Assembly (NCBI RefSeq): GCF_006345805.1
Contig: NC_042997.1
Location: 152,892,001-152,956,000 of the forward strand
Reading direction: 5' to 3'
DNA: 64,000 nt
Origin: Octopus sinensis
Lineage: Eukaryota
Positions 1 through 13,179 of the stretch are shown piece after piece (position 1 is the first letter of the stretch; each line of letters opens with the position of its first letter). The notes beneath the pieces were generated by a model that was not told the DNA's origin, searched no databases, and saw only the letters and a program-made list of their open reading frames with translations. Position numbers and translations under genes: made by a program.

Positions 1-514
1 GCAATACTTGATTACATATTTATTAACAATTGCAGAAATAAAATGTTGACACCCCGATAAAAGTGAGGAAATAGAAACTCCGAAACCATTGTAAAAGTTT
101 ATATATATTTATGGGATGATATAAGCACACATATGTGAAATTATGCGATTTGTAACATTTAAAATTTGAAATGAAAGAAGTATGACATTTTATTTCAATA
201 TTCATGTATTCCGCAATATAAGTACATCTGGAGAGGGGCAACACCTCAAATATTCGATAAGGTCATGGGTTGAGTTGGTATAGCATTAGTGTATCTCTCA
301 GAAATATCAATGAAAAAAAAAAAGCAATAGAAATGGTTAAAACAGCCATAATAAGCAGTTAGGAGAGATTACCAAATAAATAATCAGCATTGATTGTTTT
401 AAATGAGATATCAATTGCCAAACAATGGATTTCAAAATTATTATCATTGTTTAATCAGTCACGATAGCTGGCTAGTCAATATCTATAAGTAATCCTCTTA
501 CTTTCTATCTGTCG

Positions 515-566
<52 letters not shown>

Positions 567-1073
567 TTCTCCCTCTATAGCATGGAAGCAATGAGAAATA
601 GCAATCAGGTCTTCATCAAACCCCACTTTAATTATTAAAAAGGAAAAAAAGACACCTTGATTATTGAAAAAAATATGTGATAATTATATATAAATACAAG
701 ACTGAATTGTCACCAGTCACGGCTTCATGATATGTTTGATTGATGAGAAATATTTTATGTTAAACAACAGGTATCGAAGTAGCTAAATACAGGTATATAC
801 GTATATATATATTCAGAGGAGATAGTGAGTCAAATCGATAAATCAATCGATCGATGGATAAATAGATAGATAGATATTATGTATATACATACACATAGAT
901 ATACATTCATGAGTGTATAAGCACATATATATATATGTGGGAGGGGCAGCGCGCACATAATTTCGATACACAGATAAACATATTTATTTACAATCGCATC
1001 CACGTTCATACATACTTATATACATACAAGCATCCAAAAACTCATCCATCTTGACATACATCTATCTGTGCAT

Positions 1074-1118
<45 letters not shown>

Positions 1119-1587
1119 CATCCGTTCATCTTTATATGCATCTGTACATCCTTCCATACATTCATACATACACGTTTCTGTGAAAGTATTCATGTTGACA
1201 TCGATTCCATTTCCCCACTTCTCTCTCTCACTCGTTTCCTTGTCTTTCTCTGTTCTCTTTGTATTCCATTGAATTCGGTTTCGTCTGGGTTTTTATTTAT
1301 GCATCAACATTATTCTCCTGCTAACCGCTCTATCGTTCTCATTCTATCTCTTTGTTGTTTGGTAGTCAATCACTTTAGGACCAGTAACACATGAACTACA
1401 GATCAATAAAACCATCTATCTGTTGAAAACTAGCTGAATCAATATAATTGAAACTGGTCACGTGTTGTCATAACATTCTTTACGTGTGCCTATCATAGAT
1501 GGATTCCTCTAATGTAAAGTTGTATGTGTTCTAGGTAATTTATCTATCTATCTATATTTATTTATTTATAATAATAATAATAATAAT

Positions 1588-1650
<63 letters not shown>

Positions 1651-1651
<1 letters not shown>

Positions 1652-2289
1652 CCGGAAGCTTTATGAAAATAAACAAAAGACGAAGGCCGGTGGAAAGCAA
1701 ACGAACAATTGTATTAGTATGGCGCTCAGGAAATATAAATAAAACAAGTCTTTAACGTTTCGAGCCTACGCTCTTCAACAGAAAGATACACAGAGAGAGA
1801 AAAACACAGAAAGAAGGAGAGAAAAAAAATGCGTGCAGTAGCTAACGAATCAACATATATATATATATAACGGGAAGCTTTATGAAAATAGACAAAAGAC
1901 GAAGGCAGGTGGAAAACAAACAAACAATTGTATTAGTATGGCGCTCAGGAAATATAAATAAAACAAGTCTTTAACGTTTCGAGCCTACGCTCTTCAACAG
2001 AAAGATACACAGAGAGAGAAAAACACAGAAAGAAGGAGAGAAAAAAAATGCGTGCAGTAGCTAACGAATCAACATATATATATATATAACGGGAAGCTTT
2101 ATGAAAATAGACAAAAGACGAAGGCAGGTGGAAAACAAACAAACAATTGTATTAGTATGGCGCTCAGGAAATATAAATAAAACAAGTCTTTAACGTTTCG
2201 AGCCTACGCTCTTCAACAGAAAGATACACAGAGAGAAAAAAAACACAGAAAGAAGGAGAGAAAAAAAATGCGTGCAGTAACTAACGAAT

Positions 2290-2293
<4 letters not shown>
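1651..2293 (-). repeat. Three tandem 219-bp PLE pseudo-LTR (pLTR)-like units, each with a hammerhead motif, joined by short (TA)n
   Basis: Unit starts at 1651, 1870 and 2089 (period 219). Block 1704-2017 is identical to 1923-2236. Unit 1 differs at about 5 sites in its first 55 nt. The tail motif GTCTTCGTCTTTT/GCCTTCGTCTTTT is shared with the PLE ends at 3.3, 26.7 and 31.9 kb. Confidence 0.9.
1749..1786 (-). ncRNA. Minimal type-I hammerhead motif, family H1 (identical copies at 1968-2005 and 2187-2224)
   Basis: Minus strand: TCTTT-CTGTTGA-A-GAGC(GTAG)GCTC-GAAA-CG-T-T-AAAGA. Stem I 5 bp, stem II 4 bp, palindromic ACGT stem III. Core differs from CUGAUGA at A6. Confidence 0.75.
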
Positions 2294-2324
<31 letters not shown>

Positions 2325-2626
2325 GGGTACAGGACGTCGCCAAAAGGGAAAACGGGACAAGTAAACACAAAGAAATGCACCTTCATCATTTGTCGGCTGT
2401 CTATCTACTCCTCATTTCGAGCATTTAACGACAATATGAGTCTTCAAGGACAGTTTCTCCCATAAATTCCAAAAGAACATATAGGATTTATAGAGAGTCT
2501 AAGTTGGGAACAAAAACAGAACAGCGGAAACATACAAAGATACCGAACGAAACACACACACACAGACATATATATGCCTGTCAGTCAGTCTCACTGTCTC
2601 TGTCTCTCTCCACTTTCTCTTGCTGT

Positions 2627-2662
<36 letters not shown>

Positions 2663-2671
2663 TATCTTTTT

Positions 2672-2760
2672 GTTGTTTTCCCTCATTTGACTGCAGCCAT
2701 AATTGGGGCGCCTGCTTTGAATGGTTTAGTCAACCAAATCGTTTCCAGAATTCATTTTTC
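2672..2760 (-). mobile_element. SINE family B 3' fragment
   Basis: CATTTGACTGCAGCCAT...GCGCCTGC...GTCAACCAAATCG matches the reverse complement of the family-B 3' end seen at 11291-11400 and 60580-60650. Confidence 0.55.
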
Positions 2761-2829
2761 TTAGAGCCTTATTGTTTATAAATATGTATATGCGTACCCC
2801 TACCCTCACCCTCATCCCACACCCTACCA

Positions 2830-3354
2830 TTGCTTCCCCCAACCTCGCCTTCCCCACATCCCGACACCACCACACCATATCTTACCACATCACACCACCA
2901 CACCTTACCTCAGCATACCACACCACATCACGCCACCGCATACACTAGCACTAACCACTTTCCAGCAACCACACCGTCATCCACACACCTACACATGCAG
3001 ACAAGCACACGTCAAGGTCACCAGCCTCTATCCACACGGACATACGCGCTCTCATATACACACGCACGCACACCTTCGTTTTGGGATCACATAAATTTTT
3101 TCATCTCCCCTTCTTCCTAGCTCTCCTGTCTGACCACCTCTGTCCAGCATTCGCCATTATTGATCGCTAGCCACTAAACCTTTTTTTAAAAGTATTTTCT
3201 CTCTCTGCTTATTTCTGTGTTGCTTTCTGTTGAAGAGCGTAAGCCCGAAACGTAAAAGACTTTTTCACTTCCCGAGTATTAAACTAATACATCCGTTTGT
3301 TGCTTACACACCCGTCTTCGTCTTTTGGTTTGTTTGTTTTTTGTAAATTCCAAC
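2830..3354 (+). mobile_element. 3' end (pLTR) of a Penelope-like element with an H1 hammerhead at 3223-3258
   Basis: C/A-rich UTR, then CTTT-CTGTTGA-A-GAGC(GTAA)GCCC-GAAA-CG-T-A-AAAG, then the tail AACTAATAC...GTCTTCGTCTTTT...CCAAC-(TA)n, homologous to 31400-31937. Confidence 0.75.
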
Positions 3355-4333
3355 TATATATGCATATATATGTACACACACACACACGCAACCATACACT
3401 GTTATAATATGTATCCTTGACTTCATGCGTATATATATAACAAATGTAAGACAGAAGAAGGAATATACGAGAATATATTATTAATCACAACAATTGTTTC
3501 GACACATCTAGCAACGACTCCTCTTGTGGGACACACTAAAAATGGTACAGGATTATCTGACGGTGCAGACGTATCCCGTCGGGTGATAAATAAATAAAAA
3601 ATCTCGTTAAAATGCTTGGACGGATGTATATGTATATGTACATGTAAGTGTGTATATATATATGTAGTTACACAAACACACACACACACATATATATATA
3701 TTAAAATGCCATAATGAGAATGCTACTTTTTCAACAAAAACTCTTTATTGAGTGTGTATCAATTTCTGTTACACTCGTGCGTTCGATGAAGCTTGTTCAA
3801 TATGTAGGCATTTTCTTTTTTGTAATGCTCCTTCCATATTCCACGCCTTCCCTCGAATATTATGTAGCTCTGTATAAAAAGGAATTCAGTTGATTCAAAT
3901 CACTCCAAATTTCGAATTTTTAACTCGTTTTTAACTCGTGTACCCTCTTCTGCCTCGTTACACCTCGCACTTTCTACCTCTCTCTACCTCTTACTTAAAT
4001 GTTTGTCACCTTCTTAACAGTTAATTGAACAAACTTATGATGGAAGGTGCCCTATTGCTAACGATTCTATCTTTATGGAAGATTATGTTTCGGCAAATAT
4101 TATGAAATATGTTCCTGCTTTACGATGCAAAGGAGTTTATAGTATAAACAGCAGCGATCAAGCAAGTTCATGCAGACATTCCCTTCGTGTACTTGTTCTG
4201 TATGCCCATAGCGTGTATCGTGACGTGAAAGGTTTTGGTTGCTTACATGGTTAGGAACTACGCGTTATTTGATTATTTATCCAAAGTAGCTTTAACTTAT
4301 GAAGTAGGTAGGGTATTCTTTTATACTCCTAAT

Positions 4334-4649
4334 TTTTTCAGCCATTTGACTGCGGGTATGCTGGAGCCCCGCCTTCAGTCGAACAAATCAACCGGCTGTC
4401 AAGCAATGATTGGGGGACAAACACAGATGCACAAACACACAGACACATATGTATACATATATATATATATTTATATTTATATTTATATACGGCGGGCTTC
4501 AGTTTCCATCTACCAAATCCACTCACAAGGCTTTGGTCGGCCCGAAGCTATAGTAGAAGACACCTACCAAGGTGCCACGCAGTGGAATTAATCCCGGAAA
4601 CACCTGTTTTGTAAGCAAGCTACTTACCACACAGCCACTCCTGTACCTA
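4334..4649 (-). mobile_element. tRNA-derived SINE family B, internally deleted
   Basis: tRNA-like head (rc of ...CTACTTACCACACAGCCACTCCTG), CAAGG/CTATAG core, internal (CA)/(TA) tract and the family 3' end. Aligns by eye to the other B copies. Confidence 0.85.
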
Positions 4650-5646
4650 CACACACACACACACACACACATATATCAGTATTGTAGTGCATGTATAGCA
4701 TATATTCAGCTGTCTGTACCAGCTGAGTGCTGAATACCTGCCAATCATGGTAAATTCTTCATAAATATTAACATAACTTAATAATATATTAATGGATCAA
4801 AATAGGAAAGTAATTATAAACTTTTGTGATTGCTCTTCTGATACACCGCAGTAATTTGTATCATTATGTACTAACCGAGCAGAAGGATCATAGGTGATAA
4901 AAATATGATTATAATACGATCATCACTTCTAATTGTACACACCTTATTTCTTTGCTTTTATACTCATCTCTAAAACGACAATCTTCTTACTATTTCGACC
5001 TAACCCCTCAATTGCTTTACTATTCGAATCTATTCATCCACATATTTCCCGACTTCTTTTTGTGTACATCCAGCACGTTTCTTATATAACACTTATATAA
5101 GACTCTATCTTATTCACTTTGTCACATCCCTGAATAAATACTGCATTCTGGGCTGACAAGTAAGTATAAATTCGTAGAAAATTTAACTGAAACTAATTTT
5201 GAATAATATTCCGTTCTTGCAGTTTTTATGTTTGATCGTTGTTTGCTTTCAAATCTAATAATATTCACACAAAAACGAAGATTAAATTAGATCGTAGTGA
5301 CCTAATTTTTCTATGTTTATGCTTTAGTCAGCCTTATATACGACTCATAGGTTCATCACTGGGTGAACATTATGACAATAACCACAATAAGCAATGTTAC
5401 ACGAGCTGAGTTAGTCCGAAATTTTCGTTCCTATTTCAGTGAATATGAATCTTTCAGACTCGTATATTACATCATGTTTTCAAAGGAGAGTAATAATCCA
5501 GACTATGAACCAGAAACTGGGACTTACAAGAAAGTTATAATCTAGTGTTTTAGTGTAAAAAGTTTGAGAAAAATATGTCCAAAATCAAAATATTTCGAAC
5601 GCTCACAATGCGAAGGGGAGCATTTGCTTCGATATAAATATTACAA

Positions 5647-6489
5647 GGAAAAATGCGAACAAGAGAAATAATATTCTTAAGATTATAAACCTGGAAAAGT
5701 ACAGGGCAATTTATTACACTTGGAAAAGTTCAGCACAAGTTATTACCCTTGGAAAATTTCAGGATAAGTTATTACATCTGGTAAAGTGCAAAACAGGAAA
5801 TTTTTTACTCAACATATTGCAGCTAAGGTTAAGATTTCAAGCAAAATATTTAGATTTAGAAAATATTAGCTTTTATTAAAACTAAAACTTTTATTACAAG
5901 TTATTCTACTTGTTATTACTTGTTACTTCTATTAAAAATAAAGAATAACTCAAAATATTTTTTGCACTTTACAAAAGTTCATTTGAAAATAAATTATAAA
6001 AAATAATAGTAGTACATAATTAGTTAGTACAATAAATTGAATAATGCAAAAATTAGTTATGTGTTACAGTAAAATCTACCTATAAGAACGAATTCACAGT
6101 TAAGTTGCCTTGCGTTATTGCCAAGTTTTCCTATTTTTAGTCTTGACCCAATGCCTATTTTTTAAATAATGAATTTGCCTACCATATATACTATTCTACT
6201 ATGCATAAAACTTTATCTTTATTGGTACTTCTGGCTCTCATTTTTTTAAGTATTCTAGTTTGTGAATATTTTAACAAATTGATGCTTTCTTTTTTTTGAA
6301 TTATAATGTTCCTTTGTAAATTAAAATCAAATAATTTTTAATATTCAGATTTTATCCTTAGCGGCGATATTTTAAGTAAAAGTTTTCTTGTTCTGTACTA
6401 ACCTGTCCTGAACTTTTCCAAGTGTAATAACTTGTCCTGTACTTTTCCAGGCTTCTTTAGAATATTATTTCTCTTGCTCGCATTTTCCC
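5647..6489. mobile_element. Fold-back/MITE-like element with about 100-bp inverted arms built from 29-bp subrepeats
   Basis: Left arm 5647-5746 (GGAAAAATGCGAACAAGAGAAATAATATTCT...) is the inverse of right arm 6398-6489. The 29-bp unit CTTGGAAAAGTTCAGGACAAGTTATTACA occurs 3+ times on the left (5690, 5719, 5748) and twice on the right. AT-rich spacer. Confidence 0.7.
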
Positions 6490-7379
6490 ATGCAATCCAT
6501 GCTTTTTCCAGGCTATGCTATTATGGTAATTAATAATGTGTTAAGATTTTACCTTACTAAAAATTGAATGATAAATTTAATTCCACCCACAAAAATAAAT
6601 AAATGAAAAATGTTTACGTAATTTACCGAACGCCGTAACGTAACAGCTGAATTGCGCACACGCCTTCGAGTTAAAACGAAAGATTGCCAAAATGGCTAGG
6701 CTATTGCCAACATTTCTAAATATTTTTATTTTTTCATTTTTATGGTATAATTGCATTAATTAATACAGATGACGTAATCAAACTAATTGCAAATTAGCGG
6801 TGTCGTTGATAATTTTTCCTTACCTGAATGATGCCATGAAATTCCTCGAACTGAGCTCAATCAATTAGGCTTAATTAAAATATAGTTTGTTTTTTTAAAT
6901 AAGAAATTTAATCATGCATAAATCCAATTCTTTGCCATATATTGTTTCATGATATTTTACCTCACAACATTTTTAATACAAATTTTTGTTCCATGGGATC
7001 AGGACTATGAAATTTCGCTTGCTCTCTGCTATCATTGAAGCTAAGATAAATATATTTTGCTTTAAAAATTAAAAAAATGTTATTTAGATAGTAACTTGAT
7101 TCGAGGCGTTACATACTCTCCTATAACGTTGAAACGAATTTCGATGTAAATTATTACTACTGGGCCAAATCTAAATTCCTGCAATGCCAAAATGTAGCTC
7201 GGGACCAGTCCTCTTCTAAAATGTTAAAAGTTTTCAATTTGGTTAAGAACTGAATTAGCGACAAAGCTCTGAAGATGCTGTTTGTGAGTAAATTGTAGCC
7301 TTAAGAATATTGTTCAACTACTACCGTAGTTGAATGATTGATGCACATTCTAAGTCCTTATCTGATAATGCATGTTTGA

Positions 7380-8100
7380 AAAGATACAAATTTTGAGAAG
7401 ACTGATGAAGTGGTTAGCTCATCAAAGAACGTGGGAAAAAAATTCAAAATGCTGTTCCCAAGTTTGCTAGGCATAAAACAATAAAGGCTTGTTTGGAAGC
7501 GAGTGATGGATGGCTATAGTAATTCACAAATCGCCCGGGAATGAGTAGCAAAATTTCTCAAGCTAAAATAGATAGGTCATCAAAAAGAGGAAATTGCATT
7601 GTTTTGGAAGTTATTAGCTGTAGGCAAGATTTGTTCATTATCGTAATGAAGCTCCAACACCTAGCTGTAAAAAAAAAATAAGAACGATTTGTTAGTATTC
7701 TGATACACAATACGAGCATTATTACAATTTCAAGAAATAATGTTTCATACCGAGTGACATTAATGACTTTTTCTTTTCAACTTGGTACATGCCAGTTTTA
7801 TACGAGAATCTGCTCAAGGAGATGCTTACTTATTTGTCAGTAATTATGGTAAAACAATGTGCCCGTTCTTGCCGACCAGTCGTTACCCTACAATCCGGTG
7901 AAAAGGACTAGTTAAGATTATTGAAAGTGATGTTGGAAAAGGTACCAAAGACAAACGTCTCTTAATGCCATCAACAACTGCAAAGCTAAGTCTCCAATAT
8001 TTACATTAGTAGCTTTATGGACAGAACTAAAAACCATTATCTCAAGCCAATGCTTGGAAAAATTTCAATTCGATGAGAAAGTAGAAGATGCATTTCAAGG
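7380..8100 (+). pseudogene. Possible highly decayed pogo/Tigger (CENP-B-like) transposase remnant
   Basis: Only short motifs: LEASDGWL* at 7493-7519 (cf. F.AS.GWL..FK.R) and ERFVSIL at 7682 (cf. KERLT.LLC). Many stops and frameshifts. Confidence 0.3.
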
Positions 8101-8274
8101 GACTGAGGCAGTGGATTTTCACCCTGTAATCCGGAGGGCAGGCGGAACAAATGTAAATGAAAATGCCATCAGAATCTCTTGAATATCAGATGTTAACAGA
8201 AAAAATAGTGGATTAAGAACTCATTGGTGACCGTAAAAATAGTGGGTATGATAAAGATAGAAATATTACCCAAG

Positions 8275-8673
8275 GCGGTGAGCTGGCAGTTACGTTAAGC
8301 ACGCCGGACGAAATGCTTAGCGATATTTCGTCTGCCGTTACGTTCTGAGTTCAAATTCCGCCGAGGTTGACTTTGCCTTTCACCCTTTCGTGGTCGATAA
8401 ATTAAGTACCAGTTACTCATTGGGGTCGATGTAATCGACTTAATCCGTTTATCTGTCCTTGTTTGTCCTCCCTGTATTTAGCCCCTTGTGAGTAGTAAAG
8501 AAATAGGCATTTCGTCTGCCGTTACGTTCTGAGTTCAAATTCCGCCGAGGTCGACTTTGCTTTCATCCTTTCGGGGTCGATTAAATAAGTACCAGTTACG
8601 CACTGGGGTCAATATAATCGTCTTAATCGTTTGTCTGTCCTTCTTTGTCCTCTCTGTGTGCAATAAAGAAATA
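8275..8673 (+). mobile_element. tRNA-derived SINE family A: full copy plus partial tandem copy inside one 16-bp TSD
   Basis: Head GCGGTGAGCTGGCAG (A box) and GAGTTCAAATTCC (B box). A second copy restarts at 8509 (ATTTCGTCTGCC). Perfect flanking direct repeat AGAAATATTACCCAAG at 8259-8274 and 8674-8689. Confidence 0.9.
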
Positions 8674-9260
8674 AGAAATATTACCCAAGAAACACAGGTT
8701 CAATGTTATATGATAATCCCTTTATTTACATCATTCTTTCATATATTGACCAGTTATGAAAATCTGATGTTCGGCGTCAGTATCAACATCTTATTGCCTC
8801 AACGTATTACATTCCACGGAAACTGCAGCAGTATAAACAACTGAAGCTTAATCTCAAAGCCAAATTATCAGAATATGGGTACAGCTGTCGAAATCTGCTG
8901 ATGTTGTTAATGACTGACAATTTACAGCTTGTAATGTTAAGTAAGTTTATAAAATATACGTTTATGATTTATATAGGTATATGATGTTTATAATATTTCC
9001 TGTAATTATATTATGTTTACAACATTTTCTGTGATTATGTTGTGGTTTATCATCTCCAGCGTACTGCGTGTGTATTTCCTCTATCGTATGCGTATAATAT
9101 TTTTTACCAATTCTGGAATCAGCTCACAAGATAAAATAGACACATCTCCCTTCTATTAACACAGTACTACGTGGGTTCTCGGCCTGTCTCTCTCACTCTC
9201 TTTCTTTCTCTCTCTCACCCTCTCCCTACATATATATATATATATGTATATATATATATG

Positions 9261-9313
<53 letters not shown>

Positions 9314-9388
9314 GAAGGGTTTAGTTCACTTGCGATATAAACGAATAGATACTCAGGGTAAGTCCTAAAGTTGGTCTCCAAGATCAGT

Positions 9389-9422
<34 letters not shown>

Positions 9423-9436
9423 ATAATATATATATA

Positions 9437-9479
<43 letters not shown>

Positions 9480-9491
9480 TATATATATCTG

Positions 9492-9535
<44 letters not shown>

Positions 9536-9536
9536 G

Positions 9537-10380
9537 TATTTGAGTTAATCCACTTTGGAAAAGAGGATGCCCTGAAACTCCCATACTCCCTTCCTTCAGG
9601 TGAAACTCTCGCGGCGTCCAACAACATCAGAGACGTGGGAGTAATTGTGGACAACAACATAAGCTGGGCCACTCATATAAACACCAAAGTTGACATGGCC
9701 CGCAGAATGTGTTCCTGGATTCTCAGAACTTTCCAGTCGAGAGATATCCACACCATTATCCTTCTCTTCTCCACTTTTGCCCGACCCCACCTTGAATACT
9801 GTTGTCCACTGTGGTCTCCCCACACAATACAAGGTATCATAAAAGTTGAAGCACCTCAAAGGGCAATCACAAAAAAGATAGATGGCATGACAGGCCTCGA
9901 CTATGGGGTCGGCTAGAAAAGCTAAAACTCTATTCTCTCCAACGTCGTCGTGAGCGCTACATCATCTGCATGATGTGGAAAATATTCCATCAGCATTGCC
10001 CAAATGATGTTGGCATCACCTTTAAGGTACATCCAAGGCTTGGCCCCGTGCCATCCGCCCAAAACAAAAATCACACTCTCATCTCATAACAACAATACGG
10101 CACAATTATTTCACCTCAATTGGCCCCGCTCTCTTTAACATTACACCAAAACACATTAAAACAGAAACTGACCCTATAGGGTTCAAGAAGTCTTTGGACA
10201 GATTCCTTCAAGAAATCCCGGATAAACCCCCTACACCCGGATATGTCTCTGTAAACAATAACTCTCTACTTGAGTGGGCCATAGTGCCCAAATTCTGACT
10301 TGAAAGACTTCACCAGGTGGTGCTTTTAAGTTAGACATGGCCTGGGCCAATAATGGCCGAAACCTATCAAAGTATCAAAG
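9537..10380 (+). mobile_element. 5'-truncated CR1/L2-group LINE: C-terminal RT region and 3' tail
   Basis: Translation FELIHFG...RDVGVIVDNNISWATHI...WILRTFQSR...FARPHLEYCCPLWSP..., then a frameshift to RLEKLKLYSLQRRRERY. Ends in the tandem 8-mer TATCAAAG x2. (TA)n on both sides. Confidence 0.9.
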
Positions 10381-10751
10381 TATATATGTATCTATACATA
10401 TATGTATATATATACATATATGTATATATATATATGTATATATATACATATATGTATATATATATATATGCATATATATATATATGTATATATATACATA
10501 TATGTATATATATATGTATATATATACATATATGTATATATATATATATACAGGACACAGATAGTGTGTCTATGGCCAGCTGGAGGAGTGTGTCCTCCTG
10601 GGGCTAAAAACTACAGTAGCATCCACCCTTAGGGGTTAGCCATATTGAAATTGCAAAAATACGTCACTATATATATATATATATACATATATGTATATAT
10701 ATACATATATGTATATATATATACATATATGTATATATATATACATATATG

Positions 10752-10827
<76 letters not shown>

Positions 10828-10958
10828 CATGCATACATACATATAGACATATATATTATATATATACCTACAACGGCGGTGCATCAGCATGACCGCAGCT
10901 ATGAGCTGAAACTACAGCATATATATATATATATATATAATATATATATACATACATA

Positions 10959-11176
10959 CACGAAGAGGTGCTGAGAAGTTTCCCGCTTTGAGTGAAAAAA
11001 AATACAAGATCAGTTAATTATGATTTTATCCAGCACATTCCTCTCTCAGATTCCCACACTTATTGCAGAGGTCGTTCAGGTTTTCTGAGCCGTGTGAAAC
11101 TACACGGAAGGTTATGCCTTTAAACAGGCCTTTCGCGACACCCTTAAAGCCAGGATCGTTTCAGACCCCACTCGTG
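10959..11176 (-). mobile_element. Internally deleted mariner-type element (MITE), TA TSD
   Basis: Degenerate 31-bp TIRs (about 20/31 match; CACGA...CTGA..A.G.T.C..GCTTT), TA on both sides. The minus strand retains a KCGNLRG..-like transposase C-terminus. Confidence 0.55.
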
Positions 11177-11207
<31 letters not shown>

Positions 11208-11290
11208 ATATGCATTTATTTATACGTATGTGTGTGTACGTGTGTGTGTATGAAACTTTTATGTATGTTCGCGTGTGCGCGTATATATAT

Positions 11291-11519
11291 TCTCTTTTCT
11301 CTTTTACTCTCTTTTGTTTCAGTCATTTGACTGTCGCCATACTGGAGCACTGCCTTTTAGTCGAGCAAATCCACCCCCAGGACTTATTCTTTGTAAGCCT
11401 AGTACTTATTCTATCAGTCTAGTGTTTACGGGGACGTAAACACACCAGCATCGGATGTCAAGCGATGTTGGGGGACAAACACAGACACACAAACACACAC
11501 ACACATACATACATATATA

Positions 11520-11571
<52 letters not shown>

Positions 11572-11744
11572 TATACATATATACATATATACGACGGGCT
11601 TCTTTCAGTTTCCGTCTACCAAATTCTTTGATCGGCCTGAGGCTATAGTAGTATACATATGCCGAAGGTGCCACGCAGTGGGACTGAACCCGGAAACATG
11701 TGGTTCATAAGCAGGCTACTTACCACACAGCCTCTCCTACGCCT
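11291..11744 (-). mobile_element. SINE family B, near full length
   Basis: tRNA-like head at 11680-11744, internal (CA)/(TA) tract, conserved 3' module and (TAAAAGAG)-type tail. Confidence 0.9.
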
Positions 11745-11747
11745 ATA

Positions 11748-11784
<37 letters not shown>

Positions 11785-11791
11785 GTATATA

Positions 11792-11833
<42 letters not shown>

Positions 11834-11886
11834 ATATATATAATATATATTATATATATATATAGGCAGAGAGAGAGAGAGAGATT

Positions 11887-11963
<77 letters not shown>
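11887..11963. repeat. (GATA)n microsatellite; others: (CT)n 517-560, (TATG)n 12924-13040, (TG)n 40920-41110, (TAA)n 61949-62004, (TCTA)n 62082-62166
   Basis: Directly visible. Confidence 0.97.
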
Positions 11964-11964
<1 letters not shown>

Positions 11965-13179
11965 GTCAGAGAAATTTTTAGTGATCATATATTTTTATCT
12001 TCATTGTGAAAAGTGGTTAGATCATGAGTTTCACCTTCGGTGAGCGGGATAAAATCGATCGATCTGACTAGTTTGAATGGTTATTAACACTTTATCAGAG
12101 ATTGTTAACTGAATGAAATTAATCTTTTTATCAGCCTAGATGACAACCATAATGTCTATCTTTCATTGTAGAAATAAAAATGTGTACTTACTAAAAAGCA
12201 CACGTTCTAAAGTTTAGTTATCATCGTTATTTATCGTGAACATTCCACCTCCTGACCGAAGCAGTCCTTGAAACAGTTGTTGCCTGATTTCTGCCTCATC
12301 AAATCTATCCATAGCACATAATATATTTGACTATTTATCTCATCGAACTCTATTAAATTTCAAGCCAAATGTTCCAGCTTTTACGTTCAGCAGTCACATT
12401 ACTCTGGAGTAATGTGCTTCTCTCATGAACTATCTGACATAAATAAGTAGATGACCAAAAGTCTATTAGTGCATGCGTGTGCGTGCGTGTGAGTGCGTGC
12501 GTGCGCGCGTACATTTTTGCATATATGACAATACGCTGTCGTTTGGAGAAATGTAAAACTGGTTAATTGAGATTATCTCAGTAATTAGGAAACAGAAATT
12601 CCCCCAAGCACTATCTAAATTAGAAAAACAAAAAGCAAAAAGAAATAAACCCACTATTTTGAGTTAATTCAAATTTTGCAAAATTAAGACAAATGCATAT
12701 TGAAGTGCCATTTGTTTCTAAAGACAACTGTAATTACTTTCTCTGCAAAATTTCTTTTAGCTGATAATAGAGTTGTCTTCATCCTCTGCCATTTCTCTGT
12801 TTTAAATATCTTTAGAAGAGTCTTTAATCTTCTAATTGCATGGGTAAATGCAATTGTATGTGTGTTTAGAATGAAGAATAGTCCATTGAGGTAGTTTCCC
12901 TCAACCATATTGCGTATAGATACATACATGCATGTATGTATGTATGTATGTATGTATGTATGTATGTATGTATGTATGTATGTATGAATATATGTATGTA
13001 TGTATGTATGCATGTATGTACCTATGTATGTATGTATGTACAGTGCAACCTGTGGAAAAGTGTACCTTTCAGACGGGGAGTTGAAAAGGTATGTCACCCG
13101 TTCTTTCAATCAGCCAACACAGTTGTGCATTATGCAGTAGGCCTCATGTTGCACCATCAGTGACTCGTTTCAATGATTC

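Noticed and set aside
5690-5790. 29-bp direct repeats resembling a CRISPR array
   Set aside because: Units are contiguous with no unique spacers, they recur inverted at 6398-6450, the context is eukaryotic, and there are no cas genes.
8754-9100. Apparent GT-AG intron 8941-9059 with a 60-codon open frame upstream
   Set aside because: All three frames from the nearest good acceptor (8753) hit stops, and the downstream frame ends within 12 codons; insufficient to call a gene.
9371-9545. Many ORFs rich in YI/IY, CV/VC or HT/TH repeats throughout the track
   Set aside because: They are translations of (TA)n, (TG)n and (CA)n microsatellites, which lack stops in some frames; not genes.
10345-10372. 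GGCC(AATAAT)GGCC-GAAAC looks like hammerhead stem II plus GAAA
   Set aside because: No CUGANGA-like core or stem I; better explained as the 3' stem-loop of the CR1/L2-group LINE before its TATCAAAG repeats.
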